In this document: piece by piece, positions 1 through 9,497 of the stretch | Layout: every line of letters begins with the position of its first letter | Position numbering within the stretch: the stretch's first letter is position 1 | Assembly (NCBI GenBank): GCA_000092065.1 | Contig: CP000595.1 | Source of the DNA: Ostreococcus lucimarinus | Lineage: Eukaryota | Strand: one strand, 5' to 3' | Length of the DNA: 64,000 nt | Position numbers and translations under genes: made by a program | The notes under the pieces: generated by a model | Databases searched by the model: none | What the model was told of the DNA's origin: nothing | What the model saw: only the letters and a program-made list of their open reading frames with translations

Positions 1-5
1 CGACG

Positions 6-938
6 ATGCGAGGCCTGGCGTTGGGAAGACGCGCGGCGCGCGTCGGCGCGCGAGGCGTCGGGACGACGACGCGCGCGTCGCAGGCGGAATCTCAAACCGC
101 GACGAGCGAACAACAACAGGGAGAACAATCTCAGCAAGGTGGTTTGCAGCGACAGCAAGAGCAGAAGCGAGCGCTGGCGCGGTCGCCGTTGTCTTCTATG
201 ATGGCGTTTCCGAGTCTGATGTCGGGCATGACGCCGTTCGGGTTGTCGAGAAGCATGCAGAGAGAGATGGCGAACATGATGAACTTGATGGATGACATGA
301 TGACGGGCGGGGCTCTGGCGCCGTTTGAGACGCTGGATCCGTTTAAGATCACGATGCACGCCGATCACACGCAAGGGGTGCCTCAACAAATCTTGAACTT
401 TCCGATGGGTACGACGACGACGACGACGACGCGAGCGAGCGAGAGCAAACGAGAGCGGGACGAAACCTTGAATCACGAGCGAGCGAGAGCAAACGAGAGC
501 GAGACGAAGCCTCGAATCACGACGTGAACGACTGACGTTTGACTCATCGTCGACCCTTTCCGCGCACCACCAGACGTGATTCAAAAGAAGGACAAGTACA
601 TCGTCAAGGCTGATTTACCGGGCCTGTCGATGAAGGATGTCAGCGTCGAGGTGGACGAAAAGAATCGCATCTTACACGTCACGGCAAAGCGCGAGCACCG
701 AGCCGAAGAACAAGACGAAACCGTGGACAAGGGCGCGAAGTGGGTCGCGTACGAACGGTTCTACGGCAAGATGGATCGCTCGTTCGGCCTTCCCGAAGAC
801 GCGGTGGCGGAAAAAGACGCCATCAACTGTCGATTGGTGAACGGCGAGCTCACGGTGTCCATCAAGCGCAACCCGCCGCAGGAGGAAGAGGCCGAGAAGC
901 AGGCGCCGCGCACGAAGATTCCGATCATGGATCACTAA
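6..938 (+). CDS. Chloroplast-type small heat shock protein (HSP20/alpha-crystallin domain), two exons: join(6..408,574..938)
   Basis: The ORF 576..938 has an alpha-crystallin domain signature (KYIVKADLPGL...DVSVEVDE...ILHVTAKRE...GELTVSI). The upstream ORF 6..527 carries a presequence plus a Met-rich amphipathic region typical of plastid sHSPs. The two are joined by a GT..AG intron 409..573 (donor G|GTACGA, branch-like ACTGAC, acceptor CACCAG|). Splicing gives an in-frame ...ILNFPM-DVIQKKDKYIVKADLPGL junction that matches sHSP consensus. Confidence 0.6.
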
Positions 939-1136
939 AGCAGTGTGTGTGGTCGTGATCCAGGCCGGACAATCAAGACTTTGCGTTCGCGAATCGCTGG
1001 TTCGCGAGCGTCGATACGGTAGTCTCGAACTCATTTTAGTTTTGTCTTTTCATCACATCACATCACATTAGATCTCCGGATCAGATGGAGAATAACTACG
1101 AGCCATACTCTCATCATCGTTATCATAAACTACGTC

Positions 1137-2780
1137 CTAGCACCACTCGATCGTCGACGGAGGCTTGCTACTCACGTCCAAGACGACGCGATTCACTTCC
1201 TTGACTTGGTTCGTGATGCGCGTGCTGACCTCCTTCAAGAAATCGGTCTCGAACGGGAACCAATCCGCCGTCATGCCGTCGGCCGAAGTCACCGCACGCA
1301 AGCCGATGACGAAGGAGTGCGTCCGTTGATCGCCCTGAACGCCGACGGTGCGAATCGGCAAAAACACGGCGAACGCTTGCCAAATGTCGTCGTAAATCCC
1401 GAATTCACGAATGGTGTTGATGTAAATCTCGTCCGCGCGTCTCAAAATATCTAACGCGTTGTCCGCGGTGACGTCACCGAGGATGCGCACCGCGAGCCCC
1501 GGTCCCGGGAACGGGTGGCGCGCCAAAAACGCGCGCGGCACGTCCATGATGGCGCCCAACTTGCGAACTTCATCCTTGAAAAGCATGCGAAGCGGCTCGA
1601 CGAGCTCGAAACCGAGTTCTTTGGGCAAGCCGCCGACGTTGTGGTGCGACTTGATCGTGTGCGAGTGCTTTTGATCGCTGCCCGGGGGCGGACACGACTC
1701 GATGACATCCGGGTACAGCGTCCCTTGCACCAAAAACGTCGGGCGCACGCCCGTGCGCTTTTCAATCTCACCCTTGAAGTTTTTAAAGCACTCGATGAAC
1801 TCGGCGCCGATGATTTTGCGCTTCTTCTCCGGATCAGTCACGCCCTTGAGACGCGTGAGCATTTGCTCGGAGTGATCGACGCAATCCACGGGGAGGTGCA
1901 AGTTGTCGCGAAACATCTCCATGACGCGCTCTTGCTCCTTGTATCGCAACAACCCGTTGTCGACAAAGACGCAGTGCAAGCGATCGCCGATGGCTTTGTG
2001 CACCAGCGTCGCCGCGACGGCGGAGTCGACGCCACCGGACAAGGCGCAGATGACGTGCGCGTCCGGGCCGACTTTTTCCTTGACGATGGCGATTTGTTCC
2101 TCGAGCACGTTCGCCATCGACCACCCGGCGCTCACGCCCGCGACGTCGAATAAGAACCTTCTCAGGGTGTCCAACCCTTTTTCGCTGTGCGTCACCTCGG
2201 GATGATACTGCAACCCGAACAACTTTCGCTTCGGGTCCTCGATGGCGACCACCGCGCCCGCCTCTGATTTCCCCACGCACGCGAATCCCTCCGGCAGCTT
2301 CGTCGCCTCGTCCCCGTGCGACATCCACACCTGCTCGCGCTCGCCCGCCTTCGACCCTTGGCCGTACAGCACCGAATCCGAGCTCTCATACACCACCGGC
2401 ATGCGTCCGTACTCCCCCTTCCCGCGCGCCGCCTCCACGACGCCGCCGAGTCGCTGCACCAAGAGCTGCATCCCGTAACAGATCCCCAGCACCGGTATCG
2501 ACTCGCGCGCGCAGTACTCGAAGAACCCCTCCGGCACGCTCGGCGCATCGTCCACGTGCACCGAATTCGGTCCTCCCGACAGCACGATCACCCTCGGCGC
2601 GTGGCTCTCGATCCGCTTCAAATCCGCATCCCCCGGCAGCAAGATCGAGTACACGCCGAGCTCGCGCACGCGTCGCGTGATCAATTGCGTGTACTGCGAC
2701 CCGTAGTCGAGGACGACGCACGCATCCACGCCATCGGTCGCGGTCTTTCGCTTCTTCGCGCACGTCGGCGACGGCGCCAT
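1137..2780 (-). CDS. guaA: GMP synthase (glutamine-hydrolysing), GATase plus ATP-pyrophosphatase domains
   Basis: Strong full-length similarity: GATase motifs (GICYGMQL, YHPEV) and the PP-loop SGGVDS; C-terminal GMP synthase dimerisation domain. The ORF extends to 2825, but Met at 2780 (MAPSPT...) is a more likely start. Confidence 0.9.
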   Translation of the reverse strand: MAPSPTCAKKRKTATDGVDACVVLDYGSQYTQLITRRVRELGVYSILLPGDADLKRIESHAPRVIVLSGGPNSVHVDDAPSVPEGFFEYCARESIPVLGICYGMQLLVQRLGGVVEAARGKGEYGRMPVVYESSDSVLYGQGSKAGEREQVWMSHGDEATKLPEGFACVGKSEAGAVVAIEDPKRKLFGLQYHPEVTHSEKGLDTLRRFLFDVAGVSAGWSMANVLEEQIAIVKEKVGPDAHVICALSGGVDSAVAATLVHKAIGDRLHCVFVDNGLLRYKEQERVMEMFRDNLHLPVDCVDHSEQMLTRLKGVTDPEKKRKIIGAEFIECFKNFKGEIEKRTGVRPTFLVQGTLYPDVIESCPPPGSDQKHSHTIKSHHNVGGLPKELGFELVEPLRMLFKDEVRKLGAIMDVPRAFLARHPFPGPGLAVRILGDVTADNALDILRRADEIYINTIREFGIYDDIWQAFAVFLPIRTVGVQGDQRTHSFVIGLRAVTSADGMTADWFPFETDFLKEVSTRITNQVKEVNRVVLDVSSKPPSTIEWC

Positions 2781-3225
2781 CGTCCGTCGGTGTGTGTCGC
2801 CGTCGCCGCCGCCGCCGTCGTTCAAATTTTTGTTTTTTTGAAAAAAATTCGCCAGCGCGGGGCGCGGCGTCGATTATTGGTGGCGCGCGCGTCGCGCGGG
2901 CGCGACCGACGGTTCGCGCGGTCGGCGGTTCGCGCGCGGCGCGGCGATCGGACGGCGCGCGACGCGCGGCGTCGCGCGAACGAACGCGGCAAAAAATCGC
3001 CAAACGGCTTTAGGCGCACGCGAAGAAAAAGCTTCGAAACTGCACGGTCGAACGCGACGCGCGTCGTGGGTCGGCTCGCGCGGCGATGGGCGACAGAGTT
3101 ACGGTTTTTTCGCCGCGAGGGGGACGAAGCGACGAATCGTCGAATCGACGCGAACGACGCGCGCGGCACACCGCGACGCGCGACGCGAGCGACGCGAACG
3201 ACGCGAACGCTTCGCGAACGAAACG

Positions 3226-4548
3226 ATGGCGAGCGCGACGACCAAGGCGACGCGTCGACGGTTGAGCTGGCGCGACGCGCTGGACGAGACGCGGACGTAC
3301 GACGACGACGACGGGGACGGCGCGAAGGACGGATGGGCGCGGCGCGGTGGCGCCGCGGACGAAGAGAACGCGACCGCGCGACGAGCGAAGGGTCAAAAAA
3401 CGAGCGCGTCGCCTCGGAGAGCGCTCGCCGCGGTGGATGCGAACGCGACGATGACGTCGCCGACGACGCGATGCAACACGTTTTTGGCGGGGTCGACGCC
3501 GGGGGCGATGAGCGCCAAGCACGCGTCGCGGGTGCGCGCGCTCGTGGAGGTGGATGAACCGGAGGAGGAAGCGGAGGTGGCGGAGATTTCGTTTGACTTC
3601 GAGGACGAGAGCGCGATGATGTCGCCGGCGTCGGTGGACGACGCCGAACTCGAGTCGGATTCCACGGGCGACGTCACGGTGGTGATGTCGAGCAAGCGAG
3701 GAAGGCTGTCGCGCGTGAACGAGACGTTCAACGTGTTCAAATCGCTCGCACAGCTGGCGATATCGCCGTCAGAGTTGGACGTCTCCAAGCGACGCGCGCC
3801 GACGCCGATGAACACGCCGGCGACGACGTTGACGTTCGACGACGACGTGGATTCGCCCGTCGTGCAAGCGAGAACCGAAGCCGATTTGCGCGACACGGTT
3901 GAGAAAATTGCCAGCTCTTTGGTGGACGTCGAAGACGTGATGTCGTCTTATACGACCAGAGTTCGCGCGCACCGCGTCGCGAAGGCGCTCGGGGCGGCGA
4001 TTTTCATGCTCGCCATTTCCGCTCGATTATACTTTGCCTGGAACGTCGCCATCGCGGCGTTCCGTCCGCGGTACGCGATCGATGGAACCGCGTTCGCGTA
4101 TCGTTGGTTTTGGCGTTCACGAACGAATTGGAACGTCCCGTTCGCGTTCGCGGGGTACGCTTCGTACGGTGAGTTTATGATTCAAAGGGCGCTCGACGTC
4201 GAGTCGCGGCGAGCGATGACGCGCGCGGCGGCGTTTCGAGCCGCCGTGAGCGCCACGAGGCGCGTCGCCGTCGTTTTGGCGTACATCAGCGGCGTTTTCG
4301 GAATTTTTGGGGTAGTCGCGAAGGCGAGCGAGGACCCCCATCCGGGCGAGACGACGAAGCGCGGCGCGACGTCGCCGTTCGTCTTCGTGCCGAAAGTCAT
4401 GATGATGATGACGACGACGACGGACCCAGAGCGGCCTCGGCGGCCCTCTTTTGGTGCGTCCGCTGTTTTGGATACTTCCGATCGCACATCATCGACGCAC
4501 CGGGAAATGGACGGCGAAGCCGACGAGTTCGCCGTCGTGCGCGTGTAA
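3226..4548 (+). CDS. Hypothetical protein with acidic N-terminal region and predicted TM helices
   Basis: A 440-aa ORF with non-random composition and hydrophobic segments (AAIFMLAISARLYFAWNVAIAAF; VAVVLAYISGVFGIFGVVA). No recognisable domain. Could include undetected introns. Confidence 0.35.
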   Translation: MASATTKATRRRLSWRDALDETRTYDDDDGDGAKDGWARRGGAADEENATARRAKGQKTSASPRRALAAVDANATMTSPTTRCNTFLAGSTPGAMSAKHASRVRALVEVDEPEEEAEVAEISFDFEDESAMMSPASVDDAELESDSTGDVTVVMSSKRGRLSRVNETFNVFKSLAQLAISPSELDVSKRRAPTPMNTPATTLTFDDDVDSPVVQARTEADLRDTVEKIASSLVDVEDVMSSYTTRVRAHRVAKALGAAIFMLAISARLYFAWNVAIAAFRPRYAIDGTAFAYRWFWRSRTNWNVPFAFAGYASYGEFMIQRALDVESRRAMTRAAAFRAAVSATRRVAVVLAYISGVFGIFGVVAKASEDPHPGETTKRGATSPFVFVPKVMMMMTTTTDPERPRRPSFGASAVLDTSDRTSSTHREMDGEADEFAVVRV

Positions 4549-4828
4549 AATAATTTCAGATTTCAGACGTGGACTTCTTTTGTAATAAAACACACCACAC
4601 GAAGTGAAGTCAAGTCAACACGTGGATCGCCGATGCACGCATGGACTGACGGGTACGAAATCAGTGAGGTGAATAAATCAAAAACCAAAAAGAAGAATCG
4701 TAAGAATCGTTTAAGTACCAGATATCAACGCACAAAACGTGTACGAGCGTTCGGCGCTCAAACGCAGGCTGGTGGAAATCACAGAAAAGAACCCGAAAAA
4801 GAACAAAAGAACAAAAGAATCAAAAGAA

Positions 4829-5002
4829 TACCGGCGCAGGGGCTCGAACCCTGGACCACAAGCTTTCGCTACGCGAAACCTGAGAATGCGATTGGGAGCG
4901 CGAACTCCCCGCTTCGCTCGGATTTATTTTTTCGGACCCGATATTCATCGGGAAACCTCATATATTAAGAGGCTTGCGCTCTACCAACTGAGCTACGTCG
5001 GC
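4829..5002 (-). tRNA. tRNA-Lys (anticodon CUU) with a roughly 100-nt intron after position 37
   Basis: The minus strand reads GCCGACGTAGCTCAGTTGGTAGAGCGCAAGCCTCTTA, then the intron, then AGCTTGTGGTCCAGGGTTCGAGCCCCTGCGCCGGTA. This gives a canonical D arm, U33, CTT anticodon, perfect 5-bp anticodon stem, TTCGAGC T-loop and discriminator A, with no encoded CCA. There is a T-rich stretch about 35 nt downstream (Pol III terminator-like). One A5:C68 acceptor mismatch. Confidence 0.55.
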
Positions 5003-5198
5003 TAATGATGACAGAAATAAGCTAAAATCGTCCCCACCGATCGTCGCGCTGGCGATCGATGTTTGTTATGGGTTGAAGCGTAGTAGACGTCGGCGTCCAG
5101 AAGAAGCGCGCGGTCATCCCGCGACGTCGCCGGAACGAACGCTCTCTCAATTCGAATCGACACTGGATTACAATCAATCAATCAATCAATCAAAACTA

Positions 5199-6914
5199 CT
5201 ACCCGCAGTGCGCCTCGACGGCTCGAACGATCGCCCTTGTCGTCTCCTCGACGCGCGTCTCTTCGCTCGCCTCGACGTAGACGCGAACGCAATCCTCCGT
5301 ACCGCTCGGACGCACGAACGCGCGACATCGAGCGTCGTTCGACGCTCGCACGATGGCGTCGATGGCGTCCTGGAGACCCTCCGGCTCGGCGACGCGGCGC
5401 TCGGCGTCAAAGGTTTGAATCTTCGTCCTGTCCGCGACGACGACTTTGGTTTGTCTCGAGGGCAAATCTTTGTAAAACGATCCCAAACGAGGCGCCTTGA
5501 CGGTTCGCCGTAATATGGCCTCGACGAGTAAGATGCCGCTCATGGCGTCGCCCACGGAGGGATTGATGACCCGCTGCGCGTTCGTCAACGCCAAGAGCGC
5601 CTTGACGGCGGGCATGTCGCGAGCCACCAGCGCCTCCACCGTCGCGTCCTCGATCGCCTTGCTCGCGCTCGGGGAAAACAAAGCCGTCCCGTGGCCGTTC
5701 GATTCGAAGTACACCCCTATGTCGAATTCCTCCGCTCGATGGTGCAGGTGTTTCACCCCCGTCGGCACGCACGCCGGCGCCGCGCCGAGCTCGCGAGTCA
5801 AAAACTCCGTCGACGCTCCGTTGGCGTACGCCGTTTGCACGACGCCCACGGTGATGTCATTCAAATACGGTGCCGCTTCTTTGACGCGCGCGTTCATCCA
5901 GCACGCGATGAGCACCGCCAATTGATCGCCGTCGACCAAATCGACGCCCCCAGCGGCCGTCGTTTGAAAATAAACCAGTCGGTCCGCGTCGCCGTCGATG
6001 GACACGCACCGCGTGCCCGCGGGCAAGTTTTCAAAACCTCCGCGGGTCGGGATAGTTTTTCCCTTTTGCACGAAATCGCTACCGACGCCGTCGTTCAGCG
6101 ACGACGTCGGCTCGTCGCCTCGGTTTCGCAAATCAAACGCGAGCCCGTACGGCGCCACCGCTTCGCCGAGCGACGACAACTTCACACCGCCCACGCCGTC
6201 CGCGCAATCGATCACCACCGTCGCGCCGTGATCGTCGTCTTCGTCCTCGTCTTCGTCCCTCTCCGTCAGCGCGGCGTATCCCGCGGACAAGCGATCGTAA
6301 TACGCGCGCTCCGAGTCGTCGGCGCCGACGTTCGCGCAATACACGTAATAGTGCAACTGCGGCGTCGTCGCGATCCCGCGATCGACGGCCTCGACGCCCA
6401 TCGCGTGCACGCCCGCCAGCGTCGCGTCCGCGAGCGCGCGTCCGCTCTCTCGCGTGTCTCTCGCCACGAAGACGCGCGCCGACGCGTTCGCCGACGCCGC
6501 GTCCGCCGGCGCCGCCGTCGCCATCGCCTCTCGCAGCGCCCGCACCTGCGTCTCCGCGTCCCCGTCCTCGGCGTTCGCTAACATCTCCGCCACGCCCTCG
6601 AGCGCCATCGGCAGCGTCCCTCCCGACGGTTCCACGAGCTTCACGCCGTTATCCGACGCCGGGTTGTGGCTCGCCGTCACCACCATCCCCGTCGTCTTCC
6701 CCCCGTGCGCCATCGCTCGCGCCGCGGCGAACGCGCCCGCTCGAAAGCACGTCGATCGCAACGCCGTCGCCGTCGTTCGGAATCCCGCCGTGCCGTACGC
6801 GAACCGCGTCGGCGCCGATCGATCTCCATCGTCTTCGCGTCGCGGCTTCGCGTGCTTCACCGTCGCCTCGGCGTACGATCGCGCCCAGGGCTCGCGCGCG
6901 GCGTCCGCGGACAT
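5199..6914 (-). CDS. AGM1: Phosphoacetylglucosamine mutase (AGM1/PGM3, alpha-D-phosphohexomutase superfamily)
   Basis: FAYGTAGFR N-terminal motif, TASHNP active-site serine loop, DGDADR metal-binding loop, and C-terminal RPSGTE sugar-phosphate loop. The ORF runs to 7928 (909 aa), but the upstream 337 codons are an R/A-rich low-complexity read-through. Met at 6914 (MSADAAREPW..VKHAKP) fits AGM1 N-termini. Confidence 0.85.
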   Translation of the reverse strand: MSADAAREPWARSYAEATVKHAKPRREDDGDRSAPTRFAYGTAGFRTTATALRSTCFRAGAFAAARAMAHGGKTTGMVVTASHNPASDNGVKLVEPSGGTLPMALEGVAEMLANAEDGDAETQVRALREAMATAAPADAASANASARVFVARDTRESGRALADATLAGVHAMGVEAVDRGIATTPQLHYYVYCANVGADDSERAYYDRLSAGYAALTERDEDEDEDDDHGATVVIDCADGVGGVKLSSLGEAVAPYGLAFDLRNRGDEPTSSLNDGVGSDFVQKGKTIPTRGGFENLPAGTRCVSIDGDADRLVYFQTTAAGGVDLVDGDQLAVLIACWMNARVKEAAPYLNDITVGVVQTAYANGASTEFLTRELGAAPACVPTGVKHLHHRAEEFDIGVYFESNGHGTALFSPSASKAIEDATVEALVARDMPAVKALLALTNAQRVINPSVGDAMSGILLVEAILRRTVKAPRLGSFYKDLPSRQTKVVVADRTKIQTFDAERRVAEPEGLQDAIDAIVRASNDARCRAFVRPSGTEDCVRVYVEASEETRVEETTRAIVRAVEAHCG

Positions 6915-7797
6915 CGCTCGGCGTCGCGTCGCGTCGCGGCGCGCCGTCGTCGCCGCGCGGCGTCGCGTCGTGCCGAATCCACCCATTCGTCCATCCATCC
7001 ATCCATCCATCCGTCGTCTTCCGCACAGCGCGACGCCGCGCGCGATGGCGACGGCGCGCGCGACGGCGCGCGCCGACGCGCGCGTCTCGCCCTCGCGCGC
7101 GCGCCGCGCGACGCGCGCGACGGCGACGACGCGCGGCGCGCCGGACGATTCCCGCGCGTTGGCGCCGACCGCGACGTTCGCGACGACGACCGCGTCGACG
7201 CGCGACGACGCCGTCTCGCGCGCCGCCGACGCGCTCGCGAGCGTCGACGCCGCGACGTGCGCGACGGCGCTCGCGCTCGCGTTCGTCACCGCGCGGTGGC
7301 GCGCGGCGACGCGAGAGCGGAGACGCTGGCGCGACGAGGCGCGACGACTCGACGAGGCGAACCAAGAGCTCGAGTGGCGACTCCGCGTCGCCACCGCGGA
7401 GAGCGACGGCGCGGACGACCTTCGCCGTCGTCGATCGACGCCGCGAGCGAGGCCCGCGAGCGCGCCCGCGACGTCGCCGCCGACGGACGCGCGCGACGTC
7501 CTCGTCGACGGTTTGCGCGCCGAGACCGAGGCGCTGCGCGCGGCGCTCGCGCAGGCGCGCGCCGCGCAGAAGTAGAGCCGTAGCTTAGTCGAAAATGTAG
7601 ACACCGGACGCGCGTTCGGACGTCGATCGCGACGCGTCCGACCGCGGCGTCGTCTCGCGCGCGTCGAGTGAAATAAAACGCCCGCCTCACTGAAAACGCA
7701 TACGTAACATGTGACCAAATCGGGACGGGTTTTCGTGACCGGCGCGCGCGCCAAAGCCCTAACGCGCGTGCGCGATCGGCCTTTCGCGACGCGCACG

Positions 7798-9288
7798 ATG
7801 CCCGCCGCGCTCCCCGTGGTCTCCGTCCAAGGCGGCAACGGCGCCACGAGCGCCCTGCCCGAAGTCTTCCTCTCCCCGATTCGTCCGGACATCGTCAACG
7901 CCGTGCACACGGGGCTGAACAAGAACAACCGTCAGGTGCGGCGGAGCGCGACGCGACCGCGCGATGCGAACGAGGGCGACGCGTGGACGCGCGCGCGACG
8001 CGAACGAGGGCGCGGGAACGAGAGAGCGACGACTGACGAATGTGCGCGCGTCGTTTTTGCGATCGCGATAGGCGTATGCGGTGTACAACCGAGCTGGGTG
8101 CGTCGACGACGCGAACGCGCGATCCATCGCGACCTCGGCGGGCGTCTGAACCCTCACCAGAGAGGGTTTCGGAGGCGCGCGACGACGACGACGGCGCGGC
8201 GCGGTGCGAGCGAACTCGAACGAGAGACTGACGAAAGATCGATTTAAACGAACAGGCACCAAACTGCGGCTGAATCCTGGGGTACCGGTCGCGCCGTGTC
8301 TCGTATTCCGCGCGTTCCGGGCGGCGGTACGCACCGCGCCGGTCAAGGGGCGTTCGGGAACATGTGCCGCGGCGGTCGCATGTTCGCGCCGACCAAGGTG
8401 TGGCGCCGCTGGCACCGACGCGTGAACTTGAAGGAGAAGCGATATGCGGTGTGCTCTGCGCTCGCGGCGTCCGCCGTGCCGGCGCTTTTGCTCGCGCGCG
8501 GTCACCGCGTCGAGGGCGTTCCGGAGGTGCCGCTCGTCGTCGACGACAGCGCGAGCTCCATCAAGAAGACGGCCAAGGCGGTTGAATTGTTGAAGCAACT
8601 CGGTGCGTACGCGGACGTCGAAAAGGTCAAGGCGAGCCGTAACATTCGTTCCGGTAAGGGTAAGATGCGTAACCGTCGTTACGTCCAACGCCGAGGCCCG
8701 CTCGTGGTGTACTCTGAGGACAACGGCGTCACGCGCGCGTTCCGCAACATTCCGGGTGTGGAATTGTGCTCCGTCGACCGCCTCGGTTTGCTCACGCTCG
8801 CCCCGGGTGGACACGTCGGCCGATTCATCATCTGGACCAAGAGTGCCTTCGACAAGCTCGACTCCATCTTTGGCACTGCGTCCAAGAAGAGCGCGTCCAA
8901 GAAGGGCTGGAAGCCGCCGACGAACATCATGGCGCAAACCGACTTGGCGCGTCTCATCAACTCTGATGAAGTTCAAAGCGCCGTCAACGCGCCGAAGGTT
9001 GGTGCTACGCGCGCGCACGCGCCGCTCAAGCGCAACCCGCTCAAGAACAAGTCCGCCATGGAACGCCTCAACCCGTACGCCAAGGTCGCTCGCGAGATGC
9101 AAGCTCGCGCGCAGGAGGAGCGCTCCAAGGCTAAGGCGAAGAAGAGCGCCACTGCGCGCTCGGCGGTTGGCCAAAAGTTCTACGAATCCATGAAGGTGGA
9201 CTCCAACTACGAAGGCGAACTTTTCGAAGATTTCGACGACTGGCTCACCCGCGGCGCGCCCGTGGTGCAAGGCGGCGACGACGAATAA
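7798..9288 (+). CDS. RPL4: 60S ribosomal protein L4 (uL4), three exons: join(7798..7935,8072..8097,8256..9288)
   Basis: Near-identical to conserved uL4 blocks ([20 protein letters not shown] / [57 protein letters not shown]...). Exon 1 ends NNRQ|GTGCGG. A 26-nt microexon (8072..8097, AYAVYNRAG) restores the conserved PYAVSxxAG segment. The second intron runs GTGCGT..AACAG, with ACTGAC branch motifs in both introns. Confidence 0.85.
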
Positions 9289-9497
9289 GCGTCTTAGCAA
9301 CGGACCATTTAGCTCGTTTGTCATTACGAACACACACCCTAATGACCCTAATGAAATTAAGAAACAGTCGCCAGCAGGCTGTGCGACCGCGCTACTTTGA
9401 CTAACTCTCTAGATTATGCTACAAAAACCGTGCTACTACTAATCGCGGCGAGAAGACGGCTCAACTTCTCATCGCTCTATAACAAACGACGCGTTTG

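Noticed and set aside
4560-5075. AT-rich block of about 500 bp around the tRNA as a mobile element or SINE
   Set aside because: It has no terminal repeats, target-site duplication or ORF, and it contains a single well-formed tRNA with Pol III-like terminator. It is more simply a tRNA locus with AT-rich flanks; a SINE origin cannot be excluded without genome-wide copy counts.
6004-6009. GTGCGT (minus strand) inside AGM1 as a possible intron donor
   Set aside because: It lies in-frame within the conserved DGDADR region (NLPAGTRCVSIDGD), so it is coding.
5691-7583. Long + strand ORFs (5691..6581, 6454..7575, 6666..7583) of 296-373 aa
   Set aside because: They are antisense or overlapping to the AGM1 gene and its upstream region. 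Their composition is R/A-rich and low-complexity; stop codons are rare at about 66% GC and GC3-rich codons keep antisense frames open.
5199-7928. N-terminal extensions of several ORFs in the track (AGM1 to 7928, ABC1K to 19403, chlorophyllase-like to 23690, PI4K to 28164, LRR gene to 63620, giant gene to 59634)
   Set aside because: The upstream segments are R/A/S-rich read-through of GC-rich 5-prime regions. Internal Met residues that begin presequences or conserved N-termini are the likelier starts.
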